Assembly: GCA_964549595.1 (NCBI GenBank)
Contig: CAZJWK010000001.1
Location: forward strand, 35,767 to 99,766
Direction of reading: 5' to 3'
Source: an uncultured Sphingobacteriales bacterium
GTDB lineage: Bacteria; Bacteroidota; Bacteroidia; CAILMK01; CAYYUA01
DNA: 64,000 bases
The notes under the pieces were generated by a model. It was not told the DNA's origin. It was given only the letters and a program-made list of their open reading frames with translations, and ran no database searches. Shown here piece after piece: positions 37,040 through 47,458 of the stretch. Position 1 is the first letter of the stretch. Each line of letters starts with the position of its first letter. The translations under genes were made by a program, and so were the position numbers.

Positions 37040-37873
37040 TTACCCTTGAAAAAAGTGCTCAGAAATCATTTCTATCATGACAACAACAATCACAATGGCA
37101 AAAAGTACCCGGATAATGGCTCCGGGAATCTTTTGGGCCAGGTATACCCCTACCGGTGCAAATATAACCACGCCAATGGCCAAAGGTATGGCCATCGGTA
37201 AAATGATGTACCCAATGGTTAAAGGAATATTTATGACCGGAGAACCATGAGCCAATGCATAGAAAATACTCATGGCCAAAGTGTAAAAAGGCATAATACC
37301 CAGTGAAATAGATGAAGCCATACGAATGTTTAAACGCATAAAGCCTGATAAAACAGGAATTAAAATAATGCCACCCCCTAATCCCGATAATGCTGATAAC
37401 GTGCCACTAAAAAAACCGCTTGTTAAATAACTTTTAGCCGGTAAATCATCGCGAATAACAGTCCCACCTTTTTTAGATCCTTGCCTGAACATCCTGAATC
37501 CAAGGACTGCTAAAAGTAAAATAATCAGTATGCTGAATTTATCCCTGGAATACCAATCAAAATTTACGATCAGATAAGAAATGATCAATGCGCCGGCAAT
37601 CCCGGGACCTGCTGTAATGATTACTTCCCTGAAATAAAAATTTTTGTTCCTGATTTGTTTAATGGTGGCTGACAAGCCGGCAAAAAATACCGCAAAAATG
37701 GAGTTGGACACAATGAATTTAACCAATTCAACGCTACCTAACTCAAACCTTTGAAGAAAATACGTAAAAGCCACTACATAAACCAACCCACCGCCAATGC
37801 CCAATAGCCCTGCTAATACTCCCCCGGTGCTTCCCACCAGGAAGAGAATCAACAGGTCATAGAGGGAAAACAA
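37040..37873 (-). CDS. TauE/SafE (DUF81) family sulfite/anion exporter
   Basis: 277 aa with two repeated four-TM halves carrying G-rich motifs (GLLGIGGGLVYV; LSGLGGGIILIP). Confidence 0.75.
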   Translation of the reverse strand: MFSLYDLLILFLVGSTGGVLAGLLGIGGGLVYVVAFTYFLQRFELGSVELVKFIVSNSIFAVFFAGLSATIKQIRNKNFYFREVIITAGPGIAGALIISYLIVNFDWYSRDKFSILIILLLAVLGFRMFRQGSKKGGTVIRDDLPAKSYLTSGFFSGTLSALSGLGGGIILIPVLSGFMRLNIRMASSISLGIMPFYTLAMSIFYALAHGSPVINIPLTIGYIILPMAIPLAIGVVIFAPVGVYLAQKIPGAIIRVLFAIVIVVVMIEMISEHFFQG

Positions 37874-37880
37874 GATTCAT

Positions 37881-39548
37881 TTAGTTTTTGGAGTTACCTT
37901 GCAGAATTTCGTGATAGCGTTCAGGCTTGTTAAGAATCTCTACTGCTTTCTGAACGTAATCGTTATGGTCCAGTGATGCTTTGATGCGGCCATCCTGATG
38001 ATAATAGCGCATGATAATTTCACTTTCCAAAAGTTCAGAAATTTCTGCTCTATAGGTTTCGAGGTCATCAGCTTTATTGGCTTCCAGGTTGGATTTTAAA
38101 TTTTTTAAATCCCCTTTAATGGCATCGTAATAATTTTCTTTTTTAGCGTTTTCTTTAAGGGCTACAATCTTTTCTTCCGTTGCCGTCTGGTATTTGTAAT
38201 CTTGTTTTTTCAAATACGCTTTAAACTCATTATAAATATCGTCCGTAATCTCAAATTCACTGGGTGGGACTATGGAATCGTGGCGATTACGGTATAAAGT
38301 AGCAAAATCAAAATGGTGTTGCTCCCGGATCAAGTTTCTTATGATTTCCGGATAGCTCTCGGGTTGGACTTTCACATCCGGTGTGATGCCATCGGCATCG
38401 TAAACGGTACGGCCATTTTCGGTTTCAAAAGCCATTTTAGAGGAATCAGCAATTTTTTCCTCATTTTTGCCTGATATATCACGAGCTTGGATGCACCGGC
38501 CGCTGGGTATATAGTATTTGGCAATGGTTAATTTAATCTTGGAATTGTAAGGGAGATTCTTAGCCTGCTGTACCAATCCTTTACCATAGGTCTGTCTACC
38601 AATAACCACGCCACGGTCGTAATCCTGAACAGAGCCGGAAACAATTTCAGATGCTGAAGCGGATTTTCCGTTTACCAATACGGTTATTGGCAATTCCTTA
38701 GCAACCGGGCCGGTTGAAGTGCGGTATTCCTTATTCCACCGATCGATTTTCCCTTTGGTCTTAACCACAATTTTACCCCTTTCAATAAACCAAGAAACAG
38801 TTTTTACAGCTTCATTCAGAATACCACCGGGATTGTTTCTCAGATCAAGGATGAGACCAGAAAGCGTATCACTTTTCTTTTTAAGCTTTTGCAAGGCTTG
38901 CTTTACTTCTTCACTTGAGTTCTGGCGAAAACTTTGGTACTTAATATAGCCAATATTTTCACCCTCAACCATACCTGAGTAAGTCACATTAGGCATTTTC
39001 ACCTTTTGGCGGGTAAGGGTCTTAGTGAAATTTTTATCAACGCCGGGCCGTTCAATAGTAACATTTACTTCTGTACCAGGCTCACCCTTCAGTATCTGAC
39101 TAACGTCCTCAGTGCTTTTACCCTCAATGCTCTTTCCATCTACCTTTTTAATGAGGTCACCAGCCCTAAGATCAGCATTGTAAGCCGGAAATCCTTCATA
39201 AGGTTCCCTGATCTGGATAAATTTTCCCTGCTTACCAATAACGGCACCTATTCCGCCATATTCACCGGTTGTTTGCATCCGGTAATCTTCTATCTGAGAT
39301 TCGGAAATAAATTTGGTATAGGGATCGAGGTCTTTTAACATGGCATTAATACCGGTTTTAACCAGATCCCCGGTATTAATTTGATCCACGTAATAAGTGT
39401 GGAGCTTTTTCAAAAGGGAAACGTATATTTCCACATTCTTAGAAATCGCAAATTTGTCACCTGCATACCTCCATCCTCCGATAACCACAGAACAAAACGT
39501 AATAAACAAAACCGAAACTAAGCTTATCTTTTTAATCTTACTGTTCAT
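37881..39548 (-). CDS. ctp: S41 family C-terminal processing peptidase (PDZ domain)
   Basis: 555 aa with a signal anchor, a PDZ domain (GIGAVIGKQGKFIQIREPYEGFPAYNADLRAGDLIKKVDG) and an S41 catalytic region (LVNGKSASASEIVSGSVQD...GRQTYGKGLVQ). Confidence 0.9.
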   Translation of the reverse strand: MNSKIKKISLVSVLFITFCSVVIGGWRYAGDKFAISKNVEIYVSLLKKLHTYYVDQINTGDLVKTGINAMLKDLDPYTKFISESQIEDYRMQTTGEYGGIGAVIGKQGKFIQIREPYEGFPAYNADLRAGDLIKKVDGKSIEGKSTEDVSQILKGEPGTEVNVTIERPGVDKNFTKTLTRQKVKMPNVTYSGMVEGENIGYIKYQSFRQNSSEEVKQALQKLKKKSDTLSGLILDLRNNPGGILNEAVKTVSWFIERGKIVVKTKGKIDRWNKEYRTSTGPVAKELPITVLVNGKSASASEIVSGSVQDYDRGVVIGRQTYGKGLVQQAKNLPYNSKIKLTIAKYYIPSGRCIQARDISGKNEEKIADSSKMAFETENGRTVYDADGITPDVKVQPESYPEIIRNLIREQHHFDFATLYRNRHDSIVPPSEFEITDDIYNEFKAYLKKQDYKYQTATEEKIVALKENAKKENYYDAIKGDLKNLKSNLEANKADDLETYRAEISELLESEIIMRYYHQDGRIKASLDHNDYVQKAVEILNKPERYHEILQGNSKN

Positions 39549-39613
39549 ATACCCGATTTTTCATTTTCACACAACAAAAATAATGGTCTTAAAGCTACCT
39601 GTCTTAACGACCA

Positions 39614-39853
39614 TTAATTTTTCAAATTGTTTTTTGACCTTTTTTCCAATTCAGAACCCGGAACCGGATCAAATCCTGAGCCACCATAAGGATGACAGGA
39701 AAAAATCCTTCTGATAGCCAGCCAGCCCCCTTTCAATGGGCCATGAAGCCTTAACGCTTCTAAGCCATAAGCGGAGCAGGAAGGATAATAACGGCATGAT
39801 TGAGGCATGTATGGAGAAATGGCACCCCTGTAAAAGTTAATTAGCCCCATCAT
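39614..39853 (-). CDS. yidD: Membrane protein insertion efficiency factor YidD
   Basis: [52 protein letters not shown] is the YidD signature. The likely start is the internal Met (MMGLINF), and the gene overlaps the 3' end of rnpA. Confidence 0.85.
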   Translation of the reverse strand: MMGLINFYRGAISPYMPQSCRYYPSCSAYGLEALRLHGPLKGGWLAIRRIFSCHPYGGSGFDPVPGSELEKRSKNNLKN

Positions 39854-40268
39854 CACAAGGGTCAATCCTTTGCTCAATATCGTTTTTAAGCTTTTGAAGC
39901 AGCTTCGAAAACTTTTCATCAAGGGTTTGAAAATCCATTGGTTGTTTGCCTGTATAAATCAACGCTAAAATAATCTGGCGGTTCCGTTCCCTTAAAAATC
40001 CATACAACTCAGGTTTATGCAGCCTATATATTTCCCGCAGTTGCCTTTTAACACGATTTCTTTTTGTAGCTTTCCGGGAAAATTTTTTGGAAACCACGAA
40101 TAAGGCCTGGGCAGGAAAGTGAACGGTTAGGGCTTCAAATTTCCAGGTCATTAAAAACGGGTAAGCCTTTACGACCCCGTCATATGCATTTCGGTCAAAT
40201 AATCGGGCTATGAGTTTTTTCCGGGTAAGCTTTTCCGCTTTCTTTAAGCTATACAATTTTGCTGGCAT
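39837..40268 (-). CDS. rnpA: Ribonuclease P protein component
   Basis: 143 aa. The RNR motif region ([19 protein letters not shown]) is typical of RnpA, and the gene lies between rpmH and yidD. Confidence 0.85.
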   Translation of the reverse strand: MPAKLYSLKKAEKLTRKKLIARLFDRNAYDGVVKAYPFLMTWKFEALTVHFPAQALFVVSKKFSRKATKRNRVKRQLREIYRLHKPELYGFLRERNRQIILALIYTGKQPMDFQTLDEKFSKLLQKLKNDIEQRIDPCDDGAN

Positions 40269-40410
40269 TTACTAACGAAAAGCTTTGTAGCATCCTTTTT
40301 AAAGAAGAAAAAGGGCAAATCCTTAAGCTGGAAAATCCATAGGAATTGCTTTTTCCCGGAAAGTATAAGTCATAAAAAGCCAAACCTTATCATAACAAGG
40401 CAAGTAAAAT

Positions 40411-40569
40411 TTACATTTTAGGCCTTTTTTCATCGGATACCGATAACTTCTTCCGGCCTTTCTTTCTACGCCTGGAAAGTACTTTTCGTCCATCCTTAGT
40501 GGCCATTCGAGCCCTAAAACCGTGTTTATTCCTTCTTTTTCTGTTAGAAGGTTGAAAAGGTCGTTTCAT
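40411..40569 (-). CDS. rpmH: 50S ribosomal protein L34
   Basis: The internal Met gives [44 protein letters not shown], a near-consensus L34. The ORF-track start at 40641 is an upstream extension. Confidence 0.9.
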   Translation of the reverse strand: MKRPFQPSNRKRRNKHGFRARMATKDGRKVLSRRRKKGRKKLSVSDEKRPKM

Positions 40570-40748
40570 AACCGCTTTTTGTTTTGGTTTGCTATCCCTA
40601 AAAGAAGATGCAAATTTAACAAAAACTTTATCAAAACCCATTGATTTAATGGTTTATGCCTACAGCGATGAATCAGCGAAAAATCGGGGTTTTAATAGGA
40701 GAGATAGGACAGCCTGAGCCCGTCCTTTTTCAATTCTGCTTTTTTTGC

Positions 40749-40756
40749 TACTTTTG
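40749..40756 (+). promoter_or_regulatory. Bacteroidota-type -7 promoter element (TACTTTTG, consensus TAnnTTTG) for the lipoprotein gene
   Basis: There is an exact match to TAnnTTTG 26 bp upstream of the ATG at 40782. No clean TTTG -33 element is evident. Confidence 0.3.
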
Positions 40757-40781
40757 TCAAAAACCTTAAAACCAATTGATT

Positions 40782-41696
40782 ATGCAAAAATTAACAAACG
40801 TCTTTTTATGCAGCTTTCTGGTAATCGCTACCGCATGCGGTTCAGGAAATTCCGGTAAGGATAATAAGCAAAACGACACAGCAAGTGCGAAGAAAGACAC
40901 CATGGAAAAGAAAGATTCCGAACAAATGGGCTCCGAAAAGGACACCATGGAAAAAGCGGGTTTGAAGGTATATCCTATTCAGACCAAAGATTTTCCTGAA
41001 GCTGAACTAAGCCTTGAAAAACCTGAAAAAATGGATTTGGAACCGGGAAAAGTTCAGTTCAAATTTGGTGTAAAAAATTATACCCTAAAACAAGCTACAG
41101 CAGACGCTAATAAAAATCAATTAGCAGAATCTGATAAGGGGCAGCATATCCATTTCATCGTTAACAATGGGCCTTACATGGCCAAATATGAACCCAGCTT
41201 TAAAGCGGAAATGAAGAAGGGTTATCATACCGTTTTGGCTTTCCTATCGCGTTCCTACCATGAAAGCGTGAAAAATGATAAAGCCTATGAGGTTCAACAA
41301 TTTAAAGTTGGACAACCCGATACAGCAGCAAAAGCAGATTTATCAAAACCTCATATCTTTTACAGCCGCCCGAAAGGAACTTATAAAGGAAAAGATTTCG
41401 AAAAACTGCTCCTGGATTTTTACCCGGTAAATGCTGAGCTTGGTCAGGATGCTCATAAAGTACGTGCCACCATCAACAGTACTGAGTTCACCTTTACCGA
41501 ATGGAAACCTTATGTCGTAGAAGGCTTGAAGCCGGGAAAACTTACTGTCAAGCTTGAATTATTAGACAGCAACGGGGAATTGGTTGAAAGCAAATTCAAT
41601 ACTGTAACCCGGGAAGTAACCCTCAAAAAAGGAGAAGATGAGATGGCGGAGAATGAAGAAGATGATAAGAGCGAAAACGAAATGAAGGATTCTTAA
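40782..41696 (+). CDS. Lipoprotein, unknown function, with an acidic C-terminal tail
   Basis: It has a signal peptide with a lipobox (LVIATACGS) and ends EDEMAENEEDDKSENEMKDS. The likely start is the ATG at 40782, and the ORF track uses the TTG at 40776. Confidence 0.5.
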   Translation: MQKLTNVFLCSFLVIATACGSGNSGKDNKQNDTASAKKDTMEKKDSEQMGSEKDTMEKAGLKVYPIQTKDFPEAELSLEKPEKMDLEPGKVQFKFGVKNYTLKQATADANKNQLAESDKGQHIHFIVNNGPYMAKYEPSFKAEMKKGYHTVLAFLSRSYHESVKNDKAYEVQQFKVGQPDTAAKADLSKPHIFYSRPKGTYKGKDFEKLLLDFYPVNAELGQDAHKVRATINSTEFTFTEWKPYVVEGLKPGKLTVKLELLDSNGELVESKFNTVTREVTLKKGEDEMAENEEDDKSENEMKDS

Positions 41697-41716
41697 AACC
41701 ATTTGGTGATTAAATG

Positions 41717-41767
41717 AGGGGTTTATCAAAAGGTTTTTGGATTTCAAAAACCTTTTGATAAACCCCT
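41717..41767. terminator. Long perfect hairpin (22-bp stem, 7-nt loop) acting as a bidirectional terminator between convergent genes
   Basis: AGGGGTTTATCAAAAGGTTTTT - GGATTTC - AAAAACCTTTTGATAAACCCCT. Runs of T follow the stem on both strands. It sits between the lipoprotein gene (+) and pyrE (-). Confidence 0.6.
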
Positions 41768-42412
41768 TTAGGTTATTCCCCAATTTTTTGGATCAGCACG
41801 CCACTCATTGAGGGTTTCCATAGCTGATTCAGGAATATAGCCCTTTTCTTTCGCCACTTTAATCAAAACCGAATAATTGGTTAAAGTGTCTACATGTAAG
41901 CTATGATCCCTGAAAAGCGAACTAGCCCGGTCAAATTCATAAGTAAAAATGGCTGTTAATTTTTTTACCTGGCACCCAATTTCCCGGAGTGCTTCCACAA
42001 CACTAATACTGCTTCGTCCTGTCGAGATCAAATCCTCAATAACCACGACCCTTTGGCCTTTCTTTAACCGCCCTTCCACTTTATTTTCCGTTCCATGTGC
42101 TTTAGGAGAAGACCGAACGTAAACCAAAGGTAAATTAAGGCTATCAGCCACCAAAGTTGCATGGGGAATGCCCGCAGTAGCTACACCCACAATGGCATCC
42201 AAATCCTCACTGATGTTTTGACAAGCATTAGTAAGTTCGTGCTTAAGCTGTTCACGAATTTCCGGGTAAGATAAAATTAGCCGGTTATCACAATAAATCG
42301 GGGATTTCCACCCGGAAGACCAGGTAAATGGTTTTTCGGGATTTAGAATAACACTTTGAATCGCTAATAATTGTTCAGCAAGTTGACGAGCATAATCAAC
42401 ATTTAAAACCAT
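41768..42412 (-). CDS. pyrE: Orotate phosphoribosyltransferase
   Basis: 214 aa with a PRPP-binding loop (VVVIEDLISTGRS) and a type-I PRTase fold. Confidence 0.9.
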   Translation of the reverse strand: MVLNVDYARQLAEQLLAIQSVILNPEKPFTWSSGWKSPIYCDNRLILSYPEIREQLKHELTNACQNISEDLDAIVGVATAGIPHATLVADSLNLPLVYVRSSPKAHGTENKVEGRLKKGQRVVVIEDLISTGRSSISVVEALREIGCQVKKLTAIFTYEFDRASSLFRDHSLHVDTLTNYSVLIKVAKEKGYIPESAMETLNEWRADPKNWGIT

Positions 42413-43049
42413 GCGGCAAAGCTATAAAATTTTCATCAATGACATACCCATAATCCTTACAGCTGAGGATTCTACTCCTTCCGGTACCGACAAAGATGCA
42501 CTTATCGTTACCAATGCCGATTCCCGGAACATCAAGGATGCCATCGAATACGCAGAGGCCCATCCTTTCCATTCTCACATTATACTTCAGAATTCTGACA
42601 TCCAAAACCTCTTTAAAGCATTCAAGAAATTTTTTGTGATCGTGGAAGCCTCAGGAGGTATGGTCTGGAGTAAAGAAAAAGCTTTGTTATTGATCTTTCG
42701 CCACAACAAGTGGGACCTCCCCAAAGGTAAAATTGAAGACGAAGAAGCGCCTGAAGAAACAGCATTGAGAGAAGTCAAAGAAGAATGTGGCATTCAGGAA
42801 CTAACGCTGAATGAATTTATCAAAACTTCCTACCATACTTATTGGCAGCATGATAACCGGTTCCTCAAGATCACTTATTGGTTTGAACTCCTTTGCAATG
42901 ACCCTCAAAACATCAATCCTCAAACAGAAGAGGGTATAGAAACCATCCGTTGGATGGATGCCAATGGCCTTCATAAAGCATTGGAAAATACCTTTCCCAA
43001 TTTGAGGACCCTGTTTCGGTTAGGCCTGGAAAAAATGAAAAAAGTTTGA
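42411..43049 (+). CDS. NUDIX hydrolase
   Basis: The Nudix box is GKIEDEEAPEETALREVKEECGI (Gx5Ex7REuxEExGu). Confidence 0.8.
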   Translation: MRQSYKIFINDIPIILTAEDSTPSGTDKDALIVTNADSRNIKDAIEYAEAHPFHSHIILQNSDIQNLFKAFKKFFVIVEASGGMVWSKEKALLLIFRHNKWDLPKGKIEDEEAPEETALREVKEECGIQELTLNEFIKTSYHTYWQHDNRFLKITYWFELLCNDPQNINPQTEEGIETIRWMDANGLHKALENTFPNLRTLFRLGLEKMKKV

Positions 43050-43066
43050 TACCCTTTTTAGGTGGT

Positions 43067-43516
43067 TTACCCCTGATACCATCGGAAGCCAAAATAATAT
43101 AGCAGATCATCCCAATTATACCATTCCTGAGCATCCAGAAAATAAATGCTGTCAAAATAGGTAATGGATAATTGTTCTCCTTTTAATTGGGCATTGGCAT
43201 AAGGCAATGGGAAAAATTCAGGCTTTTGATCAAAAATGACCTGGTAAACATTTCGCAAATAAAAATGGCCCTCGTGGAAACCAATTTCCGCAAGGTCTTT
43301 CCGCATACTGACAATAGCAAACATATTGGCCAAAAAAATCGTAGCAAAAACACCAATTATACCGGGGCCTAAAATTACACCCTGCCGGGCCAGCTGATAC
43401 AACAAAATTAACATTAAGGCCATGAAAAAACCCATGTAGTAACGCCACGCATATTCCTGAAAAATCATGAAAGAACCCCTGTTACCAGGATATTTTTCAC
43501 TTTTGATACGGACCAT
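43067..43516 (-). CDS. Hypothetical membrane-associated protein
   Basis: 149 aa with two hydrophobic helices followed by an aromatic-rich C-terminal domain. The family is unknown. Confidence 0.35.
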   Translation of the reverse strand: MVRIKSEKYPGNRGSFMIFQEYAWRYYMGFFMALMLILLYQLARQGVILGPGIIGVFATIFLANMFAIVSMRKDLAEIGFHEGHFYLRNVYQVIFDQKPEFFPLPYANAQLKGEQLSITYFDSIYFLDAQEWYNWDDLLYYFGFRWYQG

Positions 43517-43703
43517 AAAATTGTCGATATAATTGAGTTAGCAATTTTCTGCTGCAAGGTGAAAATTTTTTGGGAGTTACTTGCAACATTTACTTGATAA
43601 GTTGCTAAAATTGCCAAGCCATTCAGGGTAGCCTGATAGAAAAAAGCAAGGTTCATTACTGCTTTCAGCGTAAGTTTATAACTTTGAGTAAAATTTGTGG
43701 TGC

Positions 43704-44582
43704 ATGGCAACAAACAAGTCCAAATACCTGCTTTACAACAATAAGTTCCACACGGTGGATGAGCCGATTTTCAAGGTTTCAAACCGCTCATTCCGTTATG
43801 GAGATGGTATTTTTGAGTCCATCCGGGTATTAAAGGGGCAACTACATCTTATTGATTACCACCTTGAGCGTTTGTTCAACGGGATAGAATTTCTCAAAAT
43901 CGAATTACCCGCTAATTGGACAAAAGCCTTCTTCAAAAAGAAAATCTTGCAACTCCTTGAGAAAAACGGGGAGACTCGTAACGCCAAAATAAGGCTTTCT
44001 ATCTTTCGATCTGACGGTGGGCTTTATACACCCAAAACTTCAAAAGGCAACTTTTTGATAGAGCATGAAGAATGCAGCGGGGATTATTTCACACTTAATA
44101 AAAAAGGGCTCAAGATTGAAGTGTTTAGTGAAATGGAAAAGGCTTGTAACCTTTATTCCAATTTTAAAACCAGTAATGCCCTTATTTACGTCCTGGCTTC
44201 CATTTACAAAAAGGAGGAAGGGCTTGACGACTGTTTATTGGTTAATTCACAAAACCGGATTGCCGAAGGCATTAGCTCTAATGTGTTCATCATTAAGGAC
44301 GGCCAGATCATTACCCCACCGCTTTCAGAAGGTTGTGTAGAGGGGGTTATGCGTTCCCATATTCTGGACATCATGCAGGAAAATGACATTGATTACCGGG
44401 TTTCTCCTATTTTACTGGAGGACCTTTTTCAAGCTGAGGGAATTTTTCTTACGGATTCGATTAAGGGCATTCGTTGGGTCGGCTCCTATAAAGTAAAAAG
44501 GTTTGAAATGGGTGTTGCCAAAACCCTTACAGACCATTTAAACCAAATCATTGAAGCCAAGACCGAGCCCCAATCTACTTAA
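43704..44582 (+). CDS. pabC: Class IV (fold-type IV) PLP aminotransferase family protein, aminodeoxychorismate lyase-like
   Basis: The residues FRYGDGIFESIRV are an ADC lyase/BCAT N-terminal signature, and the length of about 292 aa fits PabC. The branched-chain amino acid aminotransferase alternative is not excluded. Confidence 0.65.
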   Translation: MATNKSKYLLYNNKFHTVDEPIFKVSNRSFRYGDGIFESIRVLKGQLHLIDYHLERLFNGIEFLKIELPANWTKAFFKKKILQLLEKNGETRNAKIRLSIFRSDGGLYTPKTSKGNFLIEHEECSGDYFTLNKKGLKIEVFSEMEKACNLYSNFKTSNALIYVLASIYKKEEGLDDCLLVNSQNRIAEGISSNVFIIKDGQIITPPLSEGCVEGVMRSHILDIMQENDIDYRVSPILLEDLFQAEGIFLTDSIKGIRWVGSYKVKRFEMGVAKTLTDHLNQIIEAKTEPQST

Positions 44583-44645
44583 GCCGTATTAAAGGGATAC
44601 GTCCCGGAAAGGCAGATAATCACAATGCCAATACATTACCGTTGT

Positions 44646-45590
44646 TCACGCTCCTAATATCATACCTTCCTCAACGTTAACCCCATTAAGAAATGCTTTA
44701 ACGTTCATCTTTGCTTTTCCTGCCAACTGAACTTCTAATAAATCCAAAAAGCCACCCTTCACAGCCACCTGCATGTAATTTCTATGATCTGTGAAAACTT
44801 TTCCCGGCTTTTCCCCATGAGAAGCGTATTGCTTCTCTGCCTTGAAAATTTTGAACGTTTCTCCCCGGAAGTAAGTCCACGCACCCGGATAAGGACTTAA
44901 GCCCCGGATAAAATTGTACAGGTAATCCAAACTGTTTTTCCAGTGGATCTGACAATCTTCCTTAAAAATTTTAGGGGCAGTTTTCTTATCAGAGGTCTCC
45001 TGTTGTTCTTTAATGGGAGCCCTATCCTGCTGAATGGCCTGTGCTGTTTTCACTACCAGATCAGCTCCCAGCTCGCTAAGCTCATCATGTAGTGACCCTG
45101 CTGTTTGGTCTTCCCGGATAGGGGTTTTTTGTTGAAAAATGATCGAACCTTTGTCAATTTCTGATCGCAGGAAAAAGGTTGTGACACCGGTTTCATTTTC
45201 GCCGTTTATGATGGCCCAATGAATGGGTGCCGCACCGGGATAATCCGGTAAAAGGGAAGCATGAAGGTTAAAAGTGCCCTTTGTTGGAAGGGCCCAAACT
45301 GCTTTGGGTAACTTCCGAAAGGCCACTACTACCTGAAGGTCGGGGTTGAAAGCTTCAAGCTGTTTTAAAAATTCCGGATCTTTGAGGTTATGAGGTTGCA
45401 AAACCGGGATCTGGTTCTCTTGAGCCACCTCTTTGACTGGTGGCGGCCTTAATTCCCGGCCACGACCTGCCGGTTTATCAGGTGCCGTTACCACTCCTGC
45501 TACACAAAAACCGGCTTCAAGCAGGGCCTTCAGGGAAGGAATGGCAAAATCCGGCGTACCCATGAAAATTAACCGGAAATCATTATCCAT
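44646..45590 (-). CDS. fmt: Methionyl-tRNA formyltransferase
   Basis: IFMGTPDFAIPSLKAL ... NLHASLLPDYPGAAPIHWAIINGE (the SLLP motif), followed by a C-terminal beta-barrel domain. Confidence 0.9.
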   Translation of the reverse strand: MDNDFRLIFMGTPDFAIPSLKALLEAGFCVAGVVTAPDKPAGRGRELRPPPVKEVAQENQIPVLQPHNLKDPEFLKQLEAFNPDLQVVVAFRKLPKAVWALPTKGTFNLHASLLPDYPGAAPIHWAIINGENETGVTTFFLRSEIDKGSIIFQQKTPIREDQTAGSLHDELSELGADLVVKTAQAIQQDRAPIKEQQETSDKKTAPKIFKEDCQIHWKNSLDYLYNFIRGLSPYPGAWTYFRGETFKIFKAEKQYASHGEKPGKVFTDHRNYMQVAVKGGFLDLLEVQLAGKAKMNVKAFLNGVNVEEGMILGA

Positions 45591-45733
45591 TGATGGTTAT
45601 TTTGGTTTAAAACGATTCGAAAGTTAGAGCGTTTAGTGATTTTTCCCCAAATAAAAAGTTTTTTTCCACTTTTGTTTTAAACCCAATTTAATATGTGTTA
45701 AATTAGCTATTCAGCCAATAACAGCCAATCTTT

Positions 45734-47455
45734 ATGAGTTACCCCGTAATTCCGAAAAGATGGATTCCAAAGCCCGAACCGGATACTGCTTTGGTTCAAG
45801 CCCTCACAAACTCCTTAAGGGTTAATGAAAGCTTGACCAAACTAATGATTCAAAGGGATATTAATTCCTATGAGGAAGCCAAAGCCTTTTTCAACCCTTC
45901 TTTGGAATCAACCCACGACCCATTCCTGATGAAAAACCTGGAAGGGGCTGTAAAAAAAATTCAAAAAGCCATCGACAATGAAGAAACCATCCTTATATAC
46001 GGGGACTACGATGTGGACGGTACTACCGCAGTGGCTATGGTTTATTCCTTTCTTAGGCCCCTTACGCCCAAATTGCTTTGTTACGTACCGGACCGTTTTA
46101 ATGAAGGATACGGCATTTCTTATCAGGGATTAGCCTACGCGCTGGAACAGGGAGTAAATCTTATATTGGTGCTTGACTGCGGTATAAAAGCCCACGAAGA
46201 GCTGGAATATGCTTCGGAGAAAGGAATGGATACCATTGTTTGTGATCACCACATGCCGGACGATAAGCTACCAGGGGCTGACTACATCCTGAATCCCAAG
46301 CAGCCTGATTGCGAATACCCCTACAAAGAGCTTTCCGGATGTGGGATCGGGTTTAAACTCCTGCAAGGATTGGAAAAGCAATGGGAAAACGGGGTGAAAG
46401 CAAAAAATTTCCTGGATTACGTAGCAGTAAGTACGGCTGCCGATATTGTTCAAATTAATGGTGAAAACCGGGTTTTAACCCATCAAGGTTTAAAGCAGAT
46501 CAATGAAGCACCTAATCCGCCGTTTCAAGCGTTGATCGAACTAAGTGGGCTCAAGGAAAAACTCACAGTCTCGGACCTGGTTTTCCGGATCGGCCCAAGG
46601 ATCAATGCAGCCGGGAGAATAGCGCATGCCAAAAATGCGGTTGACTTGCTGATCGCCCCCAACAAAGAGGAAGCCCTTCAGAGGGCACAATCCATTAATA
46701 GTCAAAATTCCACAAGACAGCAATTTGATCAAACCATAAAAACGGAAGCCATTGAGAAAATATCAGCCGATGAAAACCTTAAAAACCGTAAAACCACGGT
46801 TTTGTACAACCCGGATTGGCACAAGGGAGTCATAGGCATTGTGGCCTCACGCCTGATTGAACATTTTTACCGGCCAACCATTTTATTAACGCATTCCAAC
46901 GGGCTGGCGGTTGGTTCAGGCAGGAGTGTGCCGGGTTTTAACCTTTACGAAGCCCTTAAGGAATGTGATGGCCTCCTGGAGCAATTCGGGGGTCATGAAG
47001 CAGCTGCCGGATTGGCCCTTAAACCGGAAAACATCAACGATTTTGCTGATCGTTTTGAATCAATCGTTCAAGCCACTATACATCCGGACCACTTAATACC
47101 CACCATTGAATATGACCTGGAAATACCCTTATCAGTTATTTCCCATTCCTTTGTGAAAAGTATCCAAAGATTCGGGCCTTTCGGTCCGGGTAACATGAAA
47201 CCGGTATTAATGGCAAGGGAGCTTCAATTGGCTTATTCTCCGCGAATCGTGGGAGACCAGCACTTAAAGCTTGCGGTCAAACAAGGAAATTCAGAAACCT
47301 TTGATGCCATCGCATTTAACCAACACTTCCAATTTCAGAACCTAAAAGATGGCAAACCTTTTGATATTTGCTTCACCGTTGAAGAAAATACCTGGGACGG
47401 AAAAACCCGAATACAATTCAACATTAAAGACATCAAAACAGCAGAGGATCAATAG
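45734..47455 (+). CDS. recJ: Single-stranded-DNA-specific exonuclease RecJ
   Basis: DHH motifs (ILIYGDYDVDGTTA; VLDCGIKAHEE; DHHMP) and a DHHA1 domain (GGHEAAAGL). Confidence 0.9.
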   Translation: MSYPVIPKRWIPKPEPDTALVQALTNSLRVNESLTKLMIQRDINSYEEAKAFFNPSLESTHDPFLMKNLEGAVKKIQKAIDNEETILIYGDYDVDGTTAVAMVYSFLRPLTPKLLCYVPDRFNEGYGISYQGLAYALEQGVNLILVLDCGIKAHEELEYASEKGMDTIVCDHHMPDDKLPGADYILNPKQPDCEYPYKELSGCGIGFKLLQGLEKQWENGVKAKNFLDYVAVSTAADIVQINGENRVLTHQGLKQINEAPNPPFQALIELSGLKEKLTVSDLVFRIGPRINAAGRIAHAKNAVDLLIAPNKEEALQRAQSINSQNSTRQQFDQTIKTEAIEKISADENLKNRKTTVLYNPDWHKGVIGIVASRLIEHFYRPTILLTHSNGLAVGSGRSVPGFNLYEALKECDGLLEQFGGHEAAAGLALKPENINDFADRFESIVQATIHPDHLIPTIEYDLEIPLSVISHSFVKSIQRFGPFGPGNMKPVLMARELQLAYSPRIVGDQHLKLAVKQGNSETFDAIAFNQHFQFQNLKDGKPFDICFTVEENTWDGKTRIQFNIKDIKTAEDQ

Positions 47456-47458
47456 TGC

